The notes: generated by a model from the letters alone, not told the origin. Positions 37,801 to 46,536 are shown, counted from the stretch's first letter. The stretch is 57,575 nt of DNA from an uncultured virus (IMG/VR IMGVR_UViG_3300035670_000052) (IMGVR_UViG_3300035670_000052:62001-119575); one strand, 5' to 3'. Numbers and translations: made by a program.

Positions 37801-38015
37801 TTAATGAAATTGGAGAAGAACTTGGATTTGATGCATCACTAAGACATGCAGGTGTATCCGCACAAGAAGTTCAAGAAGTTCTTCCAGAAGCAGTTTGCCC
37901 TGCTCCTGCAAGCGATGAGTATCTGACAGTTAAATATGAAAAACTTGTACCACTTCTTATTGAAGCAATTAAAGAATTAAGAGCAGAAATAAATGAGCTG
38001 AGGAGATCTAAATAG
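31887..38015 (+). CDS. Large tail fibre/structural protein with C-terminal peptidase S74 (intramolecular chaperone) domain
   Basis: MPLNKLENFIKNTEGRILYVNPND; GGVGI repeats; SDERLKTNI...AGVSAQEVQEVLPEAV...VKYEKLVPLLIEAIKEL. Confidence 0.85.
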   Translation: MPLNKLENFIKNTEGRILYVNPNDLDSTDSITNQGNSLAQPFKTVQRALLESARFSYLRGYNNDLTEKTTILLFPGEHLIDNRPGYAIYDNDPLGAYAVPPTGGVGVPAPQTLSLELDSVFDLTDPDNILYKFNSVYGGVIVPRGTSIVGLDLRKTKIRPKYVPNPTDPSATNSAIFRITGACYFWQLSIFDGDESGLVYTNPTYSTSIYQSTPTFSHHKLTCFEYADGVNPVGSYELTDLDMYYSKLSNAYNTYRNIDAKYPSEPLGFSKKAPEWEIVGAFASDPIDITGLFSGNGTTAGARVTVTTAFEHNLNSGTPIKIRDVSEGTYNVSTKVQEVLSPTQFTYLLTSFPINLDANPSVSGATVTVETDTVSGASPYIFNCSLRSVWGMNGMHADGSKASGFRSMVVAQFTAVSLQKDDRAFVKYNNVARAYEGVTISPVSGAALSSGSSQTDAELVYHLDQNAIYRNGWETSHIKISNDSFIQIVSVFAIGFNKHFDVQSGSDASITNSNSNFGQISLNAEGFKNAAFGKDNKAFITSIIPPRNIDEFDEDIIEWLSLDVGITTAYGNDTTDTSRLYLYGFTAKDSLPVSLTQGYRVGARKNDILYLSYNGVEYNAKIYMEDPSGVGLISAEKSYSVIGSPSNNIFTLNTPLNLLTTGEKVVINSEDGDLPENITEHIPYYVIKINSTQIKLATSYTNAILDNPITVYGGTNLIIKSRVSDKNAGEYGSPLQYDDTYQNWYIKVAEDNQIYNLLNTIGVQTLTETTDLSYIKRVSDGRALDEKLYKVRVVIPKEFANAKNPESGFVLQESSSTGARNSADFSRTTISTSDYDYKKNPRFIEKCTLQDNTVTVTTELPHNLKVGDIVIIKYVTDTINTTGDQTLGYNGYFKVTTIPNIMSFQYDIVDIKGKSHSPGVFTNDVTNRTTTLPRYERNDLKSNIFIYRNQVISPYIENSQDGIYHLYLLNASNTVSTEFTNLQYSQNSVDLYPQLDRDNFDSNPESSITFAKRNPIGDIVTNDLKRSVTRETVDKLLKDFGKGLRISNVSSTSSSATITIDRDHLLGGIVGYSALTGGSGHTPGTYYNVKLYNDLALSEWNGATAKVTVSGSGSVTNAEIIANGSAYTNNSTLYFDSLKIGGSASARITVSTSGISTSIGDVVQIAGAGTTTSNQYYRITSLPATNQIAVARTSGDASIASGQYALVIGPSVKISSTSYTSNTGLLTVNSSSAHGLLAGNRFRIIDSSNNNLGDYVVNERISLTSFTAFTYKSISASNGFILKHGLSANNGVSDTRGENLGVRGIPLYANESLKLQNSITTDTVIDVLPSTVGITTIAGRFPLGSYIQIDNEIMRITTSGSETTFGVIRGSLGTRQEDHDANSIIRKIEPIAVEFRRPSILRASGHTFEYMGFGPGNYSTGLPQVQIRALTDREEFLSQAQERSCGAVIYTGMNNKGDVYSGNTKTIASSGEIISYDIPKPTVTGQDPTKLSVVFDEVTVKERLLVEGGASATVLSQFNGPLTLNGQLRVKAKATFSRQVKISNTTPSTNKFTGALIINGGVGILENINVGGIGSFSNSQDSTTIANGSIVTNGGVGIEKRLNVGGAVGFTSTTDSTSGSTGAFVITGGVGIGKNLNVSGITNAENSTDSTLISNGSLTVQGGVGIRKRLNVGGAVGFTSTTDSTSTTSGALIVTGGVGIGKTVFIGGSLNVALTRSTTLGGTLSVVGNTNLSGTLGVAAGQATDLGGTLNVDGATTLQSTLDVTGSSTFNSNTTINGILDVNSGATIDNIRIGIANDNTIDTSTGGLTLDSSSGTTTISDNTTITGTLDVSANITGSSAISATGNISAGNRLIGQLQRSVRIVGSGVDSTFNNSSDVTVTLPDKTKITVSGSTDPGISNGFRENMTATRQGDADTLMFRGINGGTSVGSGGLTCAGDIIAFASDERLKTNIEPIENAVDKVLKLRGFTYNFNEIGEELGFDASLRHAGVSAQEVQEVLPEAVCPAPASDEYLTVKYEKLVPLLIEAIKELRAEINELRRSK

Positions 38016-38037
38016 TTTTATTATTTGATTTTATATC

Positions 38038-38736
38038 ATGTTAAAATATAATACTGCTCAGATTTTTCCAACAACAATTTATGTTGGAGATATGGAAAAT
38101 CACGAAAAATATAAAGAAGAATTTTATAAATTATATCATAAATTTGATTACGAAGTTACGTCAGAAAATAATACTGTTAGTGAGGAATGTGGTAATCCAT
38201 TAATTCATTTAGAAGAAAGTTTAGAACCACTTTTTTCTGAGGTAACTTCTCATGTAAAAAATTATATTCATAACGTTTTAAATTTAAGGGATTTATTTGA
38301 TGTAACAATAACTAAAACATGGCTATCAAGAGCTAGAGAAATTAAAGATGAAATACCTTGGCATATACATTCAACAAGTCATATTTCTTTTACATATTAC
38401 TTAAATACCCCTACAAATTCACATACAATAACTTTTTCTAATCAACATGAGCCAAATAGCTTATTTTTGGGTATGTCAAAATTTAATGAGGAAAAAGAAA
38501 AAAGATTTGTAGATTTTTATAATGAAAATAATGCAACGACATTTTTTATTACCCCCGAAGAAGGAAAGATTGTTTTATTTCCAAGTAAACTAGTACATTC
38601 AACAAAATCCAAATCCGAAGAATTTAGTGGAGAAAGATTAGCAATAGTTGGAGATATTTCATTAATACTGAGAGAAGAGTATCTTTCATTTTCTATGGGG
38701 TATGTAAATGAAAAATATTGGAAAAAATTCAAATGA
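38038..38736 (+). CDS. Putative 2OG-Fe(II) oxygenase (TIGR02466-like)
   Basis: WHIHSTSHISFTYYL, PEEGKIVLFPSKLVHS, ERLAI. Confidence 0.85.
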   Translation: MLKYNTAQIFPTTIYVGDMENHEKYKEEFYKLYHKFDYEVTSENNTVSEECGNPLIHLEESLEPLFSEVTSHVKNYIHNVLNLRDLFDVTITKTWLSRAREIKDEIPWHIHSTSHISFTYYLNTPTNSHTITFSNQHEPNSLFLGMSKFNEEKEKRFVDFYNENNATTFFITPEEGKIVLFPSKLVHSTKSKSEEFSGERLAIVGDISLILREEYLSFSMGYVNEKYWKKFK

Positions 38737-38768
38737 AAAATAAATAATAAAAAACTCATAATAAACCA

Positions 38769-39767
38769 ATGGCATTACAATCTACTGGACAAATTTCTTT
38801 CAGTGATATAAGTAAAGAATTTGGAACACCTACTAGAAGAAACCTTGGTGCTTATAGAGTTAGTGAAAATTATGGGTCTCTAACAAATCTTCCTCTTGCA
38901 GAAGGAATACCTCAAAGTGGTGAAATAAAATTTAGTGATTTTTATAACAAAAGACTTAACATTGTTATCGTATTTGGAGGAGGGAGTCGCCTTACTGCAA
39001 GAACATATTATAATGCAAATGCTGTTAATGTTGTTGGAAAATTTAGAACAAGACCATCAAGCAGTTCTGGCTGTAGAATTTTAATAAATTTGGCATCCGG
39101 AACTTATTCATCAATTAATTGGAGTAGAAATTATTGTGCATTTAAGACAGGTGGATGGGATACTGATACAACGTTAAGATTAATCATTGCTTCGGGAGCT
39201 GGTGTCTATGGTTCTGGTGGTGATGGGGGTAGAGGACAGTTTAGTGTATCCGATGGTGGGGATGGTTCTAGTGCATTGGGAATAGAGTATCCAACTACAA
39301 TAATTAATGATGGATATGTTCAATGTGGCTATGGTGGTGGAGGAGGAGGTGGATTTGGAACTTCCGACCCAGATAAAAATACAAGAGACTTTGGGGCACC
39401 GGGTGGTGGTGGAGGAGGAGGTGCAGGAATTCCTGCTGGGCGAGGTGGCTCGGCAGGTGGTGGTGGATATAATACTAATGGGGCAAGCAGAGGAAATAGT
39501 GCAACACAAACTATTGGTGGATCAGGTGGTGGGGGAGGAAGCGGAGGCGGAGCAAGTGGAGGTCGTGGTGGTGATGGTGGAGGGACAAATAATGGAGGAG
39601 GTCAAGGAGGTAATCGTGGAGATGGAAATATAACTGGAGGTGAAGGAAGAGCTGGTCAAGCAGGAGCAAATGGATATGGAATTATTATTGGACCTAGTGG
39701 TTCTATAGTTTCTTTAACTGGCGCCGGAACAGTTTTAGGTGGTCAAACTAACGGCACAGTTCTATAA
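38769..39767 (+). CDS. Glycine-rich tail fibre adhesin (gp38-like)
   Basis: MALQSTGQISFSDI..EFG N-terminus, extensive polyglycine motifs; late promoter AATAAATA upstream. Confidence 0.7.
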   Translation: MALQSTGQISFSDISKEFGTPTRRNLGAYRVSENYGSLTNLPLAEGIPQSGEIKFSDFYNKRLNIVIVFGGGSRLTARTYYNANAVNVVGKFRTRPSSSSGCRILINLASGTYSSINWSRNYCAFKTGGWDTDTTLRLIIASGAGVYGSGGDGGRGQFSVSDGGDGSSALGIEYPTTIINDGYVQCGYGGGGGGGFGTSDPDKNTRDFGAPGGGGGGGAGIPAGRGGSAGGGGYNTNGASRGNSATQTIGGSGGGGGSGGGASGGRGGDGGGTNNGGGQGGNRGDGNITGGEGRAGQAGANGYGIIIGPSGSIVSLTGAGTVLGGQTNGTVL

Positions 39768-39791
39768 TAAATATTTTTTTTATTGATCAAT

Positions 39792-40364
39792 ATGAGAAAT
39801 CATGATAATTTTTTAGGAATATATGAAAACTGCTTTGATAGTGAATACTGCAAAAAATTTATAGAGCATATAGATTTGCTAGAAGAACGTAGTATTGTTT
39901 TACCGACGCCAGAATTAAATCATAGAGTTGATGACCATGGTGTATTTTTTTCTCATGATTATAATTTAAAATCATGGAGTTGGTTGGGTGAATCATTTTT
40001 ACCAAAAATTCAACATCATGTTCAAAATTATATGGAAAAATATTCAATTTTGATGAAAAGTCGCTTTTTAATGCACGATATAAAAGCAAAAAAAATAGAT
40101 TGTGGTGGAGGATTTCATGAATGGCATTATGAAAACAGTTGTTTTGCCGCATTAAATCGAATTTTAGTTGTACAATTATATCTTAATACAATTGAAGAGG
40201 GTGGAGAAACAGAATTTTTATATTTAAATAAAAGAGTAAATGCCGAAGAAGGAAAAATATTGATATTTCCTGCAGGGTTTACGCACACTCATAGAGGCAA
40301 TCCACCAATAAATCAAACTAAATACATAGTTACGACATGGGTACTGTTGCAGGAGGATAAATGA
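39792..40364 (+). CDS. 2OG-Fe(II) oxygenase (prolyl-hydroxylase-like)
   Basis: GGFHEWHYE, LYLNTIEEGGETEF, FPAGFTHTHRGNPP, KYIVTTW. Confidence 0.9.
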   Translation: MRNHDNFLGIYENCFDSEYCKKFIEHIDLLEERSIVLPTPELNHRVDDHGVFFSHDYNLKSWSWLGESFLPKIQHHVQNYMEKYSILMKSRFLMHDIKAKKIDCGGGFHEWHYENSCFAALNRILVVQLYLNTIEEGGETEFLYLNKRVNAEEGKILIFPAGFTHTHRGNPPINQTKYIVTTWVLLQEDK

Positions 40365-40708
40365 ATTTAATTTTTAAAATTGTAGAATATCTTGAAGAAA
40401 CAGATCAAATTATTATTAAATTTAGCAGACAAAATTCACCAAAGCCAATAGATGAATATCCTCCAGTAGCAATTGATTGTTGTAATATTGATCAAAGTGA
40501 TTATCACCAATTTGTATGTTCAATTATGAGATATGGTATTGATATTGTTTTGAAACAAGAAGAAGAAGAACCCACTCTTCTAGAAAATGTCCCATCCGAA
40601 CTTTTAGAATCTACAAATGCTAAAGATCATGTTAATCGTATTATTTCGTTAAGTGCAATGGAATTGGTGGCATCTTCATATAGAATGAATAAAATTAAAT
40701 TAGATTAA
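40361..40708 (+). CDS. Hypothetical protein
   Basis: 115-aa ORF with ATGA overlap. Confidence 0.65.
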   Translation: MNLIFKIVEYLEETDQIIIKFSRQNSPKPIDEYPPVAIDCCNIDQSDYHQFVCSIMRYGIDIVLKQEEEEPTLLENVPSELLESTNAKDHVNRIISLSAMELVASSYRMNKIKLD

Positions 40709-40720
40709 AATAAAAAAATT

Positions 40721-41332
40721 TTGAATGTGATAAAAAAATTTTCTGGTAAAGATACGAATATTATTGTTACCAGGTATGACGAAGGTTTATCTTGGATTAA
40801 ACCTTATCTTGAGTATTCGATTATTTACAATAAGGGTAAAGATGATCTCAAATATCCATCATTTAAATTGCCTAATATTGGTTTAGAGCATCATAGTTGG
40901 GTTTATCATATTGTAAATCATTATGATAATTTACCGAATTATCTAATTTTTTTGCAAGGAAGTCCACATTATCATTTTATAGGTAATGTGGAAAGATTTT
41001 TGGATAGATTTTTAGATTTGGATAGAAGAAAAAATATTCAAACAGAAGACTTTGAATATATACCTCTCACAGACTGGTACACAACAGAACCCATAAATTA
41101 CACAGAGGTAGTTGAAACTTATCAAGAACTTTTTGGCACAATTCCCCACTTTAAACATATTGAGTATGCAACTTGTGGACAGTTTTGCATATCTTCGAAT
41201 AGAATTAAACATTATCCAAAAAGTTTTTATGAAAAATACTTAGCCATCTTTGAAAGAAAAAATAATATTGATTACGCATATACTGCGGAGAGAATGTGGT
41301 CTTTATTTTACTCTCAAAAATATCTTAAATAA
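40721..41332 (+). CDS. DUF3431-like protein
   Basis: IIVTRYDEGLSW, IIYNKG, LPNIGLE.HSWVYHIVNHYDNLP..LIFLQGSP, GQFCIS..RI, AERMW. Confidence 0.75.
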   Translation: MNVIKKFSGKDTNIIVTRYDEGLSWIKPYLEYSIIYNKGKDDLKYPSFKLPNIGLEHHSWVYHIVNHYDNLPNYLIFLQGSPHYHFIGNVERFLDRFLDLDRRKNIQTEDFEYIPLTDWYTTEPINYTEVVETYQELFGTIPHFKHIEYATCGQFCISSNRIKHYPKSFYEKYLAIFERKNNIDYAYTAERMWSLFYSQKYLK

Positions 41333-41354
41333 ATAGTTCTAAAACCAATATAAA

Positions 41355-43613
41355 ATGGCAAATTATACAAAGTCATTTAATTTTAGAAATGGTGTTCAGG
41401 TTGATGACACCAACTTTATAGTAAATGCCAATGGATTGGTTGGAATTGGAACCAGCATTCCAAGAGAAATTTTAGATGTTCATGGAAATACTAAGATCGT
41501 TGGTCTACTTTCTGCGACTCGTATTTACACTGAAGATATTAACGTATTAAGAAGTGGTTCTAATAGTTTAACCGTAGGTATTGTATCAATTTCTTCTGGA
41601 ATTATAACAGCAACTTCTGGAATAATTACATATTATGGTGATGGTGGAAATTTAATTAACTTACCAACGTCACAATGGATAGATGTTGATAGTGGATTTG
41701 GTTATACTAGCATATATGCATCAGGAAATGTTGGTATAGCAACAACATTTCCAAATTATACCTTGCAAATTGGAGGAAATCCTTCAATTCATAATGGTAT
41801 CGGAATTAATTCAAGAGGATCAATAGTAGCAACTGGTATTGTAACTGCAAATAAATTTGTTGGAATAGGATCAGATTTAACTTTATTAGATGCATCCAAC
41901 ATTTCTTCTGGAACTTTAAGCAACTCCAGATTGCCATCAATTATCAGTGTAGGTGGTAGTATAAGTGCAGGAACTGGAATATATGGCGACACATTAAATA
42001 TTGCTGGTAATATTACTGCAAATGATATTAGTGCAGATGGTAATTTACTTACAAATTTAAACGCTACTAGTATTTCTTCTGGAACTCTAAACAACTCCAG
42101 ATTGCCATCAGATATTACTGTTTCTGGCACAATTACTGCAGCATCTCTTAGTGGATCTGGAACTAATATAACAGCAATTAATGCGAGTAATATTTCATCT
42201 GGAACTTTAAATAATTCAAGATTACCATCTAATATTAATATTTCGGGAATTATTACTGCAACTAGAATTAATGGAAGTACATTAACATTATCACAAAATA
42301 TTAATGCACCTAGTGGTATTGTAACTGCAAATAAATTTATTGGAATAGGATCAGAATTAACTTTATTAGATGCATCCAACATTTCTTCTGGAACTCTAAA
42401 CAACTCCAGATTGCCATCAGATATTAGTGTTTCTGGGACTATAACAGCATCTAATGGATTTGCTGGAAATATTGCTGGAAATGTAACCGGAAACGTTATT
42501 GGTGATTTAACTGGAACGGCATCTTTAGCTAATAATCTTACTGGTTCTCCAGCTATTGTAGTAAGTAATATTAATAGCAATTTTTCTAATTTGGGTGTTT
42601 CTACATTAACAAGTGCTTATGTTCAAAATAGTATTGGAGTTGGTACACTTTCTCCAAATGCAACTGTTCATATTAGAAAAACATCAAGTCCAACATCACT
42701 TCAAATAACTAGTGATGCCGATGAATCCTACATTACAATAGGAAGTTCAGAATCTAGATTGGGAAGTAATGGTGAAATTAAATATGGAAACATAAGTGGA
42801 ATATATCCATATAGTTCTTCAAAAACCTTAGATATTATAAACTATTCTTTAGGAAATATCAATCAATATTTACATTTAGGAACACTACCAGGAATTGGAA
42901 CTGGAAACTTTAATTGGATTTATGGTCAAACCAACAATATTTTGTTGACACTGACCTATGAAGGTAAAATGGGAATTGGTGTCACAGATCCAATCAATAC
43001 ATTTGAAGTTGTTGGCACTTCAACAGTGACTAATAACTCATACGTTGGAAATGATTTTTCAGTAAGTGGAAATGCAACAATTGGTGGAAATTTAACAATC
43101 AATGGTTCTTTATCTTCTCAAGGAGCTATAAATTCGGATGTTGCAGGAACCCTTACTGGAAATGTTAATTCCACTAGTGGAATTTCTACATTTAATGATG
43201 TAAATACAATTTCTTTAAATGTAACTAATTATGTTGGAATAGGAACTACTACCGATGGTGGAACACCTTTAAAAATAAACAAAGGTGTTAATGCAAGATC
43301 ATTTATAGTATCTACAGATGGTTCAATAGGAATACAAACAAGTGAAATTCAAGACAATACAATTTTAACTGCAATTAGTGGTTCTTCTGTATTTTTATCA
43401 GTTGGTGTTGGTACAACTGCTTTACGTTCATCTGCAGATTTTGCAAATGCTGGTGGACCTGCGGGTATTAATTATAATTTTATGATTCTTCCAAAAGTTA
43501 CTACAACTGAAAGAGATAATTTCACAGGTGTAACTAATGGATCAATAATTTATAATACCACGACCAATAAATTCCAAGGATATGCTGCTGGTTCTTGGAT
43601 TGATCTTCATTAG
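41355..43613 (+). CDS. Tail fibre/virion structural protein
   Basis: KSFNFRNGVQVDD, VGIGT motifs, four NASNISSGTLNNSRLPS repeats, IIYNTTTNKFQGY..W C-terminus. Confidence 0.8.
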   Translation: MANYTKSFNFRNGVQVDDTNFIVNANGLVGIGTSIPREILDVHGNTKIVGLLSATRIYTEDINVLRSGSNSLTVGIVSISSGIITATSGIITYYGDGGNLINLPTSQWIDVDSGFGYTSIYASGNVGIATTFPNYTLQIGGNPSIHNGIGINSRGSIVATGIVTANKFVGIGSDLTLLDASNISSGTLSNSRLPSIISVGGSISAGTGIYGDTLNIAGNITANDISADGNLLTNLNATSISSGTLNNSRLPSDITVSGTITAASLSGSGTNITAINASNISSGTLNNSRLPSNINISGIITATRINGSTLTLSQNINAPSGIVTANKFIGIGSELTLLDASNISSGTLNNSRLPSDISVSGTITASNGFAGNIAGNVTGNVIGDLTGTASLANNLTGSPAIVVSNINSNFSNLGVSTLTSAYVQNSIGVGTLSPNATVHIRKTSSPTSLQITSDADESYITIGSSESRLGSNGEIKYGNISGIYPYSSSKTLDIINYSLGNINQYLHLGTLPGIGTGNFNWIYGQTNNILLTLTYEGKMGIGVTDPINTFEVVGTSTVTNNSYVGNDFSVSGNATIGGNLTINGSLSSQGAINSDVAGTLTGNVNSTSGISTFNDVNTISLNVTNYVGIGTTTDGGTPLKINKGVNARSFIVSTDGSIGIQTSEIQDNTILTAISGSSVFLSVGVGTTALRSSADFANAGGPAGINYNFMILPKVTTTERDNFTGVTNGSIIYNTTTNKFQGYAAGSWIDLH
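41834..42419 (+). repeat. About 106-bp near-identical direct repeat within the fibre gene (41834-41939 and 42314-42419)
   Basis: Only a few substitutions between the copies; offset 480 bp. Confidence 0.85.
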
Positions 43614-43616
43614 TAC

Positions 43617-43645
43617 TTGACATAAGATTAAAAACCATATAGACT
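43617..43645 (+). promoter_or_regulatory. Sigma70-type promoter
   Basis: TTGACA-N17-TAGACT. Confidence 0.6.
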
Positions 43646-43685
43646 ACCTTTGTCCTGGTTGAAGATAAGACTTAGCTTTCTTTAA

Positions 43686-43742
43686 GACACTTTAGAAACC
43701 GTCCACTACAACCCCGTCAAGGGGATTTTTTATTGCTATAAT
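43686..43742 (+). promoter_or_regulatory. Early promoter repeat copy 1 (divergent)
   Basis: GACACTT..AACCGTCCAC, hairpin CCCC/GGGG plus T run, TATAAT 51 bp from GACAC. Confidence 0.6.
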
Positions 43743-43765
43743 ATCAAGACAGTCAACCAAACATC

Positions 43766-44998
43766 ATGTTTCAACTTCGTCCCCACCAACAACGTGGTCT
43801 TGATGCCATGATCAAACATCTTAAAGGTCAATTGGTCATGCCCACGGGTTCTGGTAAGACTCCTACGATGATCTTTGATGCTAAAAATCAATTTGACAAT
43901 CATTACGGAGAAACTCTGATCGTTGTAGTTGCTCCGCGTATTCTACTTTCTGAACAACTTTCTAGTGAGTTTCTTGAGTTTATCGATAATGCTTCCGTGA
44001 TGCATGTTCACACTGGTGAAACCCATCATTATAGTAGTACTAGTCCAAGTGCAATTCGTTCCTGGGTAGATAACACCAGGGGACATAAGATTATTTTTAC
44101 AACTTATAATTCTCTTTGCCGTATTCAAAAGGCAGACATTCATGTGAATACGATTTACTTTGATGAAGCACATAATAGTGTTAAGAAGTCATTCTTTGAG
44201 TCAACTGAATATTTTTCAGGGAATGCAGATCGTTGTTATTTCTTCACTGCTACACCAAAACACAGTGCAACGATTTCTAAACCTGGAATGAATGATTCTA
44301 GGGTTTATGGGCAGGTGATCTGTAATGTTTCTGCACCAGAGTTGGTTGATGCTGGATTTATTCTTCCAGCTAAAGTTTCAGTTCAAAAAATTGATCTGGT
44401 GCGTGATAAAGATTATGGTGCTGAGCGTGACTGTATGACTCTTCTTGACACGATTATCAATGAAGATCATATGGATAAAGTTTTGGTTGCGGCGCCGAAT
44501 ACTAAGGTTTTGATGCGTATGCTTGCGGAAACTGAATTCATGACCGAAATTCAGTCTTATGGCTATGATGTGATGTGGATTACTGCAAAGTACGGTGCAT
44601 TCATCAATAACAAAAAGGTTTCGCGTGAGGTATTCTTCGATACCTTGACTGCATGGGGTAAAGATTCTGATAAAAAATTCATAATTCTTCACTACAGCAT
44701 TCTGTCAGAAGGGATCAACTGCCCTGGGTTGACATCCTGCATCATGATGCGTAATATGGATGTGATCCAGATGTGTCAGACCATTGGTAGAGTGATTCGC
44801 CTGCATCCAAACGATTCCAAGCGCATTCAAGCTGGAGAGATCGCCTCAGGGGATCTTCAGAGCTACTCCAAGGCATTTGGAATGATTCATGTACCAGTTT
44901 ATGCTAATACTGGTATTGCCACCGCTAAGCGCCTTCAGAGCGTCGTTGACACTGTTTTTACACAGGGTCAACCTGCAATTTCTACAATCAAACTCTAA
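43766..44998 (+). CDS. SF2 DEAD/DEAH-box helicase (ResIII-like)
   Basis: LRPHQ, MPTGSGKT, FDEAH, FTATP, LSEGIN, QTIGRVIR. Confidence 0.92.
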   Translation: MFQLRPHQQRGLDAMIKHLKGQLVMPTGSGKTPTMIFDAKNQFDNHYGETLIVVVAPRILLSEQLSSEFLEFIDNASVMHVHTGETHHYSSTSPSAIRSWVDNTRGHKIIFTTYNSLCRIQKADIHVNTIYFDEAHNSVKKSFFESTEYFSGNADRCYFFTATPKHSATISKPGMNDSRVYGQVICNVSAPELVDAGFILPAKVSVQKIDLVRDKDYGAERDCMTLLDTIINEDHMDKVLVAAPNTKVLMRMLAETEFMTEIQSYGYDVMWITAKYGAFINNKKVSREVFFDTLTAWGKDSDKKFIILHYSILSEGINCPGLTSCIMMRNMDVIQMCQTIGRVIRLHPNDSKRIQAGEIASGDLQSYSKAFGMIHVPVYANTGIATAKRLQSVVDTVFTQGQPAISTIKL

Positions 44999-45019
44999 TT
45001 TTTAACAGGAGATCTTATT

Positions 45020-45163
45020 ATGTTTTGTGAAGTTAAGCTTTACGTTGCTGGTAAAATTTTTTACGAAACTGTGATTGCTCGCGACTATGCGGAAGCCAGG
45101 CTTGTTGCAAAAACACGCAATCCAAATGCTACAATTATGGGTGTAACTGCTGTGGTTCGATGA
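45020..45163 (+). CDS. Small conserved cyanophage protein (47 aa)
   Basis: MFCEVKLYVAGKIFYETVIARDYAEARLVAKTRNPNATIMGVTAVVR*; AGGAG SD. Confidence 0.7.
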   Translation: MFCEVKLYVAGKIFYETVIARDYAEARLVAKTRNPNATIMGVTAVVR

Positions 45164-45387
45164 ACATTCAAAATGAAGGTATTTTAGATCCTGTTCCTGG
45201 TGAACCTAATGGGTTTGTCTCAAAAAATGGAGAATGGGCGGCAATTCCTTGGGGAAAGAAGTTCATTATTGTTTATAAGGGGCAACAAGTTCACACTGCA
45301 AAAAACTACAATTCTGCTAAATCTTACATTCAAAAGTCCACAAAAGGTTCATCGGTTTCAACTTTGGATCAATTTTTGTCCGAGTAA
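45160..45387 (+). CDS. Hypothetical protein
   Basis: ATGA-coupled ORF. Confidence 0.7.
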   Translation: MNIQNEGILDPVPGEPNGFVSKNGEWAAIPWGKKFIIVYKGQQVHTAKNYNSAKSYIQKSTKGSSVSTLDQFLSE

Positions 45388-45409
45388 ATACACATAATGC
45401 TTTAATTCA

Positions 45410-45643
45410 ATGACACCTTCCTACTACTTTTGGTTTTTTGCCTTTGCTGTAATTGCTTACTTTATTGTGACCGATAATAGTGTTGCAATTGCAGTGAATC
45501 TTATTTCTAAATTAGTAGGAATTTGGTTTGAAAAGAAAAAATGGTGGTTGCTTCACAATCCTCGTAATCCTGTGATAAAATATCTAATGTGGCGTCATGC
45601 TCTGAAACTTGCCAAAGAAATTGAAAAGGAATTTAAACAATGA
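45410..45643 (+). CDS. Hypothetical membrane protein
   Basis: N-terminal hydrophobic helix; HNPRNP motif. Confidence 0.7.
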   Translation: MTPSYYFWFFAFAVIAYFIVTDNSVAIAVNLISKLVGIWFEKKKWWLLHNPRNPVIKYLMWRHALKLAKEIEKEFKQ

Positions 45644-45825
45644 AACCTAACTTTCGCAAAGTATTGGAGATGGCACTTGAAGAAGGTGTCCGTTATGGTT
45701 ATTCTCGTGCTCATAAACACGTAGAAAATCCAACAGAAGGTGCTATTATTGATAATATTGTGGAGCAAGTTATGAATTCTTTGTATGAGTGGTTTGATTT
45801 TGAGGATAATAATGAACCTAATTAA
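45640..45825 (+). CDS. Hypothetical protein
   Basis: ATGA-coupled; LEEGVRYGYSRAHKH. Confidence 0.7.
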   Translation: MKPNFRKVLEMALEEGVRYGYSRAHKHVENPTEGAIIDNIVEQVMNSLYEWFDFEDNNEPN

Positions 45826-46123
45826 TTTTAAACATCGTAAAACATTAATTAAATATAATCATCGTGAAGATTTTGGACACGATTGGTACGTTCAAATTTT
45901 AAATATCAAACGATGGAGTTTACTCCAAGTATCTGTAAGTTGGAATGATTATCCATCTTGGCCTTATCTGCAGATCAAATCTGGAACTGGTGATGTTCTA
46001 GATTTTTTGTTCTGGGTTTATAAGTTTGGAATTGATGTGACTCTGATTGGTAGAACTTGGAGTTGGGACTATTTGGATGAAATAGATGAAGAAGGAGAAG
46101 ATAATGAAGGAATTTCCCGATAA
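45812..46123 (+). CDS. Hypothetical protein
   Basis: Overlapping ORF in a tightly packed run. Confidence 0.65.
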   Translation: MNLINFKHRKTLIKYNHREDFGHDWYVQILNIKRWSLLQVSVSWNDYPSWPYLQIKSGTGDVLDFLFWVYKFGIDVTLIGRTWSWDYLDEIDEEGEDNEGISR

Positions 46124-46292
46124 ACTTAATTTGGATATAATGTGGACGGTGGCAACATCGTCCAGTATTGAAACTGGCACAAGACCCCAATACGGGTTTG
46201 CCAAACTGCTGTATGATTACCTCACAGACAACGATCCCTATGGACTCTGTAATGACTTTAAAAGAAAAGAAAGCACTCCTGAAGAAACTTGA
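46104..46292 (+). CDS. Hypothetical protein
   Basis: AGGAG SD; packed run. Confidence 0.6.
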   Translation: MKEFPDKLNLDIMWTVATSSSIETGTRPQYGFAKLLYDYLTDNDPYGLCNDFKRKESTPEET

Positions 46293-46536
46293 AACTGCCT
46301 ACAACACGTGTTTTGATTGTGGGAAGAAGTATGGAGTATATTCTGTAGGATGCTCCTCTGTTTATGAGTCAAAGTGTGGTGTGTGCGATGAAATCAAACC
46401 CATTACTGAAACTAGGGATTTTGCTTACTTTATTACTGGTATTCGCAAACTGAAACTTGAGATCCAAAATGAGAAAAGTAACCGTAAAACCGAAAAGCAA
46501 AAAGGCGAAGAACAGACTCTGCAATGTGATGGGTAA
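46252..46536 (+). CDS. Zinc-ribbon-like hypothetical protein
   Basis: CFDC...CGVC pairs. Confidence 0.65.
   Translation: MTLKEKKALLKKLETAYNTCFDCGKKYGVYSVGCSSVYESKCGVCDEIKPITETRDFAYFITGIRKLKLEIQNEKSNRKTEKQKGEEQTLQCDG

Noticed and set aside
41789..42580. 263-aa minus-strand ORF
   Set aside because: Antisense shadow of the repetitive fibre gene
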